From: Paramoeba atlantica
Taxonomy: Eukaryota; Protista; Discosea
Direction of reading: 5' to 3'
DNA: 64,000 bases
NCBI GenBank assembly: GCA_977017575.1
Contig: CDRNVI010000144.1
Coordinates: 1 to 64,000 of the forward strand
The notes under the pieces are model-generated. The model was not told where the DNA came from. It saw only the letters and a list, made by a program, of their open reading frames with translations, and searched no databases. The translations under genes were made by a program, and so were the position numbers. Shown in pieces: positions 60,448 to 64,000 of the stretch; the stretch's first letter is position 1; every line of letters begins with the position of its first letter.

Positions 60448-61833
60448 TTAATCATCTTTTCCATGCTGCAAAGGAATTTTCAAAAAAAAGTTTTCTTGGA
60501 AATTAATCATTCATGTTGGTTGTCACAATTATTTGATTTTCTTTTCATTTTCATTTTTTCAAAAATGGCGCAACACCAAATGTCAACTCGAGAGGAAAGA
60601 CGAAGGAGGGTTGAAAATGGGGTCCCTGACCATGCAAAAGCCCTGACTGTTGACAACTGTGGGTTTGATCGATCTCGTAGGGCTGTTGAAGACTTTTTCG
60701 ATCGACGAACCCCAGCACCAACAAGACGAGCAGTTCTCCATGCGGGTGCGTGTTTCGAAAACTTTCTTCAGCTGAAGACAGATGCTGGGTTGGATTATTC
60801 AATTAACGAAAAACTTTTAATTGAGTTTTTTGAGTTGTATCTCTGGTATTTGATCCACCCCCGAACACACGTGTGTGTCTTTGACTGTGGATCTTTTTTT
60901 CCAATCGTTGCATACACAAAACGGTTCATCTACCTAAAATACGCGGTTGACCTTGGGCCGTGTCGTGAACTCAACAGACTCTTGAAAAAGGAAACCTTTG
61001 GGCACCAACCAATGAAAAAGGAAATCTTCACTCTTGAGGAGTTGACCAAGTTTGTGGAACGGAAACCGCAAGATGGAGGAGAAAGACAAGAGTCCCTTTT
61101 GGTGCTGTGTTCCTTTTTTGGTTTGGGACGATCTGCTGAGGTCATCATGATGACGAAAGAAACTGTTTTGGTGAAAAGCGATTCTGTTGTTTTTTCTCTT
61201 TTCCATTGTGCGAAGTCAAGGACCTTTCGAACCACAAAAGTTGTTGTCCCAAATGTTGGAAAGTTCGATACCGCTCGTGAATTTGCTGCCCACCTGGCTT
61301 CAATTCCTGACAAACCTCGTTTGTGGTGGACCTGGAGACAAGGGAAGTTTGTTGAGCAACCAATGGGGAAGAACCAAATCACAGTGATTGCAAAGAAGGT
61401 TGCACTCTTTCTGCAGAAAGATCCTCCACTGTATGCTTCACACTCTTTCCGCCGATCCGGGGCTACAGCAATGGTTGAAGGGGGAGCCTCCACTGATCAA
61501 CTGATGGTGTCTGGGGCTTGGGCTTCCCAACGTGTTGCACATGGTTATATTCAAGATTCTGACCGAGCTGCCAGAGAAAGAACAGAGATCTTGACTTCAA
61601 CTTCTTCAAGTTCTCAATCGAGCTCATCTTCTGGGGTTCAACTGACCATTAATTTGGGAGATCTTGTCTCTCGAGAGAGGTTGGGTCATTAATGTTAATG
61701 AGCAATGTCAACAATAAATACTGATAATGTTTTGAAATTCAATTATTTTTCATAATTGCAAGGGAACAAAAGACCATTTATTTCTGAATTTGGGCAAACT
61801 CAGTGAGTTTGCTGCATGGAAAAGATGATTAAA
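60447..61833 (+). mobile_element. Tyrosine-recombinase unit bounded by 26-bp inverted repeats (Crypton-like)
   Basis: tttaatcatcttttccatgctgcaaa (60447-60472) versus tttgctgcatggaaaagatgattaaa (61808-61833), one mismatch. There is an additional palindrome gcaaactca-g-tgagtttgc at 61794-61812. Confidence 0.7.
60565..61692 (+). CDS. Tyrosine recombinase (phage-integrase fold), intronless, ~375 aa from the probable ATG at 60565
   Basis: The catalytic set is intact: GLGRSAEV (R), AKSRTF (K), HSFRRSGAT (HxxR), SGAWAS (W) and HGYIQDS (Y). Confidence 0.93.
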   Translation: MAQHQMSTREERRRRVENGVPDHAKALTVDNCGFDRSRRAVEDFFDRRTPAPTRRAVLHAGACFENFLQLKTDAGLDYSINEKLLIEFFELYLWYLIHPRTHVCVFDCGSFFPIVAYTKRFIYLKYAVDLGPCRELNRLLKKETFGHQPMKKEIFTLEELTKFVERKPQDGGERQESLLVLCSFFGLGRSAEVIMMTKETVLVKSDSVVFSLFHCAKSRTFRTTKVVVPNVGKFDTAREFAAHLASIPDKPRLWWTWRQGKFVEQPMGKNQITVIAKKVALFLQKDPPLYASHSFRRSGATAMVEGGASTDQLMVSGAWASQRVAHGYIQDSDRAARERTEILTSTSSSSQSSSSSGVQLTINLGDLVSRERLGH

Positions 61834-61901
61834 GAAAAAATTGTTTTCAGGCAAAAAAAAAAAGAGGAAAAAATTCAAAAACAAAACAAAGAAAAAAAAT
61901 T

Positions 61902-61985
61902 CGTCAGAAGCAGGATTTGAACCTACGCCCCGTTTCCAGGATGTGATTTCTAGTCACACGTCTTAGACCACTCGACCATTCCGAC
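61902..61985 (-). tRNA. tRNA-Ser (AGA)
   Basis: Acceptor GTCGGAA/TTCTGAC; anticodon arm TGTGA-CTAGAAA-TCACA; long variable arm CCTG-GAAA-CGGG; T arm GTAGG-TTCAAAT-CCTGC. Confidence 0.95.
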
Positions 61986-62018
61986 ATTTCATAAAAAATA
62001 AATGAAAAAAAGGAAAGG

Positions 62019-62055
<37 letters not shown>

Positions 62056-62119
62056 GAAAAGAAAAAAAAAAAAAAAAGAAGAAAGAAAAAGAAAAAGAAA
62101 AATAGAAAAAAATACATTT

Positions 62120-62539
62120 GAACAAGATTTGTGAGTTGAGTGGTCCTGTGAATGGATTCTTACTGAAATACCTACAAAGAAAAAAGAAAGAAAAAAGAAA
62201 GAAAAAAGAAAGAAAGAAGAGGGAAAGAAAAGAAATAAGAGAAGAGAAAAAGAAAAGGAAAGGAAAAGAAAGAAAAGGAAAAGAAAAAAGAAAAAATAAA
62301 AAATAAAAAATAAAAAATAAAAAATAAAAATAAAATAAAAAAAAAACATGATTTGGACCTCTAGAAAGAGAAGAGAGAGAAGAGAGAGAAGAGAGAGAAG
62401 GAGAGAAAAGAGAGAGAGGGAGAGAAAAGAGGAGATAGAGAGGAAAGGGGAGAGAGAAAGAGAGAGAAGAAAGAAAAAGTTCAAAGAAAAAGAAAAAGAA
62501 AAAAGAAAAAAGAGAGAGAAAAATTAAAAGAAAAAGAAA

Positions 62540-62571
<32 letters not shown>

Positions 62572-63935
62572 AAAAGAAAAAAAAAGAAGAAAAAAAAAAA
62601 AAAGAAACAAATAAAACAAGAGAAGAAAGAACTTCAATTTTGGTTGGGATTGTCCCACTAGATACACTGAGATAGTTGTCTGCCAAAAGCCTTTTTTAAC
62701 AAATAATAGAAAGAGAGAAGAGAAAGAGAGAAGAGAGAAGAGAGAGAGAAAAAAAAATCAGAAGAGAAAGAGAAAGAGGAGAGGAGAGGAGAGGAGAGAG
62801 AGGAGAGAGAGGAGAGAAGGAGAGAAGGAGAGAAGAAGAAAGAGAGAAGAAGAAGAAGAGAAGCAAAAAAACAGAGGTTGTATGTTGCTCACCCTCCTCT
62901 CTCATTCTCTCTCCCCCCCCCCCCCAAGAACCCCCTCCCCCCTTGAACACACACACTCTCTCCAGAACCTTTTTGCTTCCTCCCTCTCCTCCCTTTCCTT
63001 CTTCCTCTCCCTCTTTCCCTCTTTCATGAGCCAACACAAAAAAAAACCATCCAGACCTGAAATAGAGGTCCATCATTCCTGTTTCAGTTTTTTTGTTTGT
63101 TTTTTTTTCGTGGGGTTTGTGGTTTTTTCTCTTTCTCTCTTCTCTTTTTCTCAAGTTATTCTTCTCTTTTCTTTCTTTTTCTTTTTTTTTCTTTTACTGT
63201 TTTTTTTCTTTTTCTTTTTCTTTTTTTCTTCTTTTTCTTTTTTTTTTTTCTTTTCTTTTTTTCTTTCTTCCTGGTTTTTCTTCACTTTATCTTTTTTTCT
63301 TTCTCTCACTCTTTCTCTTTTTTTTTCTCTCTCACTCTCTCTCTTTTTTATCTTCTTCTTTTCCTTCAAATTCCTCTTCTTTTCTCTCTCTTTTTTGTTT
63401 TTCAAAGAGAAAAGGGAAAAAAAAAGGAAAAGGATTCAAAAAAGAAAAAAAAAGGAGGAAAAAAAAAGAAAAAAGGAAAAAAATAAGGGAAAAATAAGAA
63501 TAAAAGGGAAAGAAAAAAAAAGAATAAAAGAAAAAAGGAAAAAATAAGAGATGAAAAAGGAAAAAAGAAACCCAAGAAAAAAGAAACTAAAAAAAAAGGG
63601 GGGGAAGAAGAAAGAAGGAAAAAGACCTCTTGGTTTGAACTGGCAGCACAGATCACTACAACCAAGATCACAACACACACAGGATCCCTTGAAAAGAAAG
63701 TGCCACAACCTGAGATAGGGAACAACAATATGAATTGTTTTAGAAAAAGGAGAATGAAAGAGGAAAAAAAAAGGAGGGGACAACTTTTGAGAAGAGAAAA
63801 GAGTGGGGAAAGGGGGAAAAAAAGGGAGAAACAACAAAGAGAGAAACGAAAAAAAAAAAAACCAAAGCACAGCTTATTGAGTTTACAAAGAGCATCTTCC
63901 ACGGTTTTCGATGTCCTGAAAAATTAAGGGATCTA
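62120..63935 (-). CDS. Micro-exon leucine-rich-repeat-like gene (partial; continues beyond the window)
   Basis: AG/GT-bounded micro-exons encode TSKTVEDALCKLNKL, MMDLYF, NYLSVSSGTIPT and YFSKNPFTGPLNSQI, resembling LxLxxNxL/FSGxIPxxL repeats. Confidence 0.45.
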
Positions 63936-64000
63936 AATCAGTGGTTCAACCGCTTTTTTTGTTTTTTTTTTTTTTTGGTGAGCAACAGAGAGGAAAGGAA

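Noticed and set aside
60436-60564. N-terminal 43 codons of the 418-aa recombinase ORF
   Set aside because: They start at GTG inside the hairpin and inverted repeat and are AT-rich and non-coding-like. The ATG at 60565 (aaaaATGG) is the more plausible start.

Overview
This is the left end of a chromosome from an AT-rich, microsatellite-rich, intron-rich eukaryote, probably a protist (inferred; the organism cannot be identified from sequence). It opens with about 110 copies of the plant-type telomere repeat (CCCTAAA). The first ~19 kb hold nested, heavily C>T/G>A-mutated elements: a Copia element truncated at the subtelomere, a full-length chromodomain Ty3/Gypsy inserted in that Copia's 5' LTR, a SAP-containing relic, duplicated micro-exon relics and a second Copia fragment. 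The 19-43 kb block is CpG-retaining and gene-like. It carries a very large uncharacterised minus-strand gene, a divergently transcribed multi-exon gene that reads as a ParB/Srx-like domain followed by a degenerate beta-class DNA methyltransferase-like fold, and an intronless TET/JBP-type 2OG-Fe(II) dioxygenase; together these look like a candidate DNA-modification island. The 43-52 kb block is tandem duplications plus a MITE. At 52.35 kb there is an internal copy of the telomere-adjacent module with telomeric repeats, next to a decayed RLE-type non-LTR retrotransposon that contains two Copia solo LTRs. The right end has a DDE transposase pseudogene, an NHL-repeat pseudogene, four tRNAs, an intact tyrosine-recombinase ORF bracketed by 26-bp inverted repeats and abutting a ~180-bp bulged palindrome, and a micro-exon LRR-like gene. 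Most short ORFs in the supplied track are low-complexity artefacts. All domain calls come from motif recognition by eye; no searches were run.
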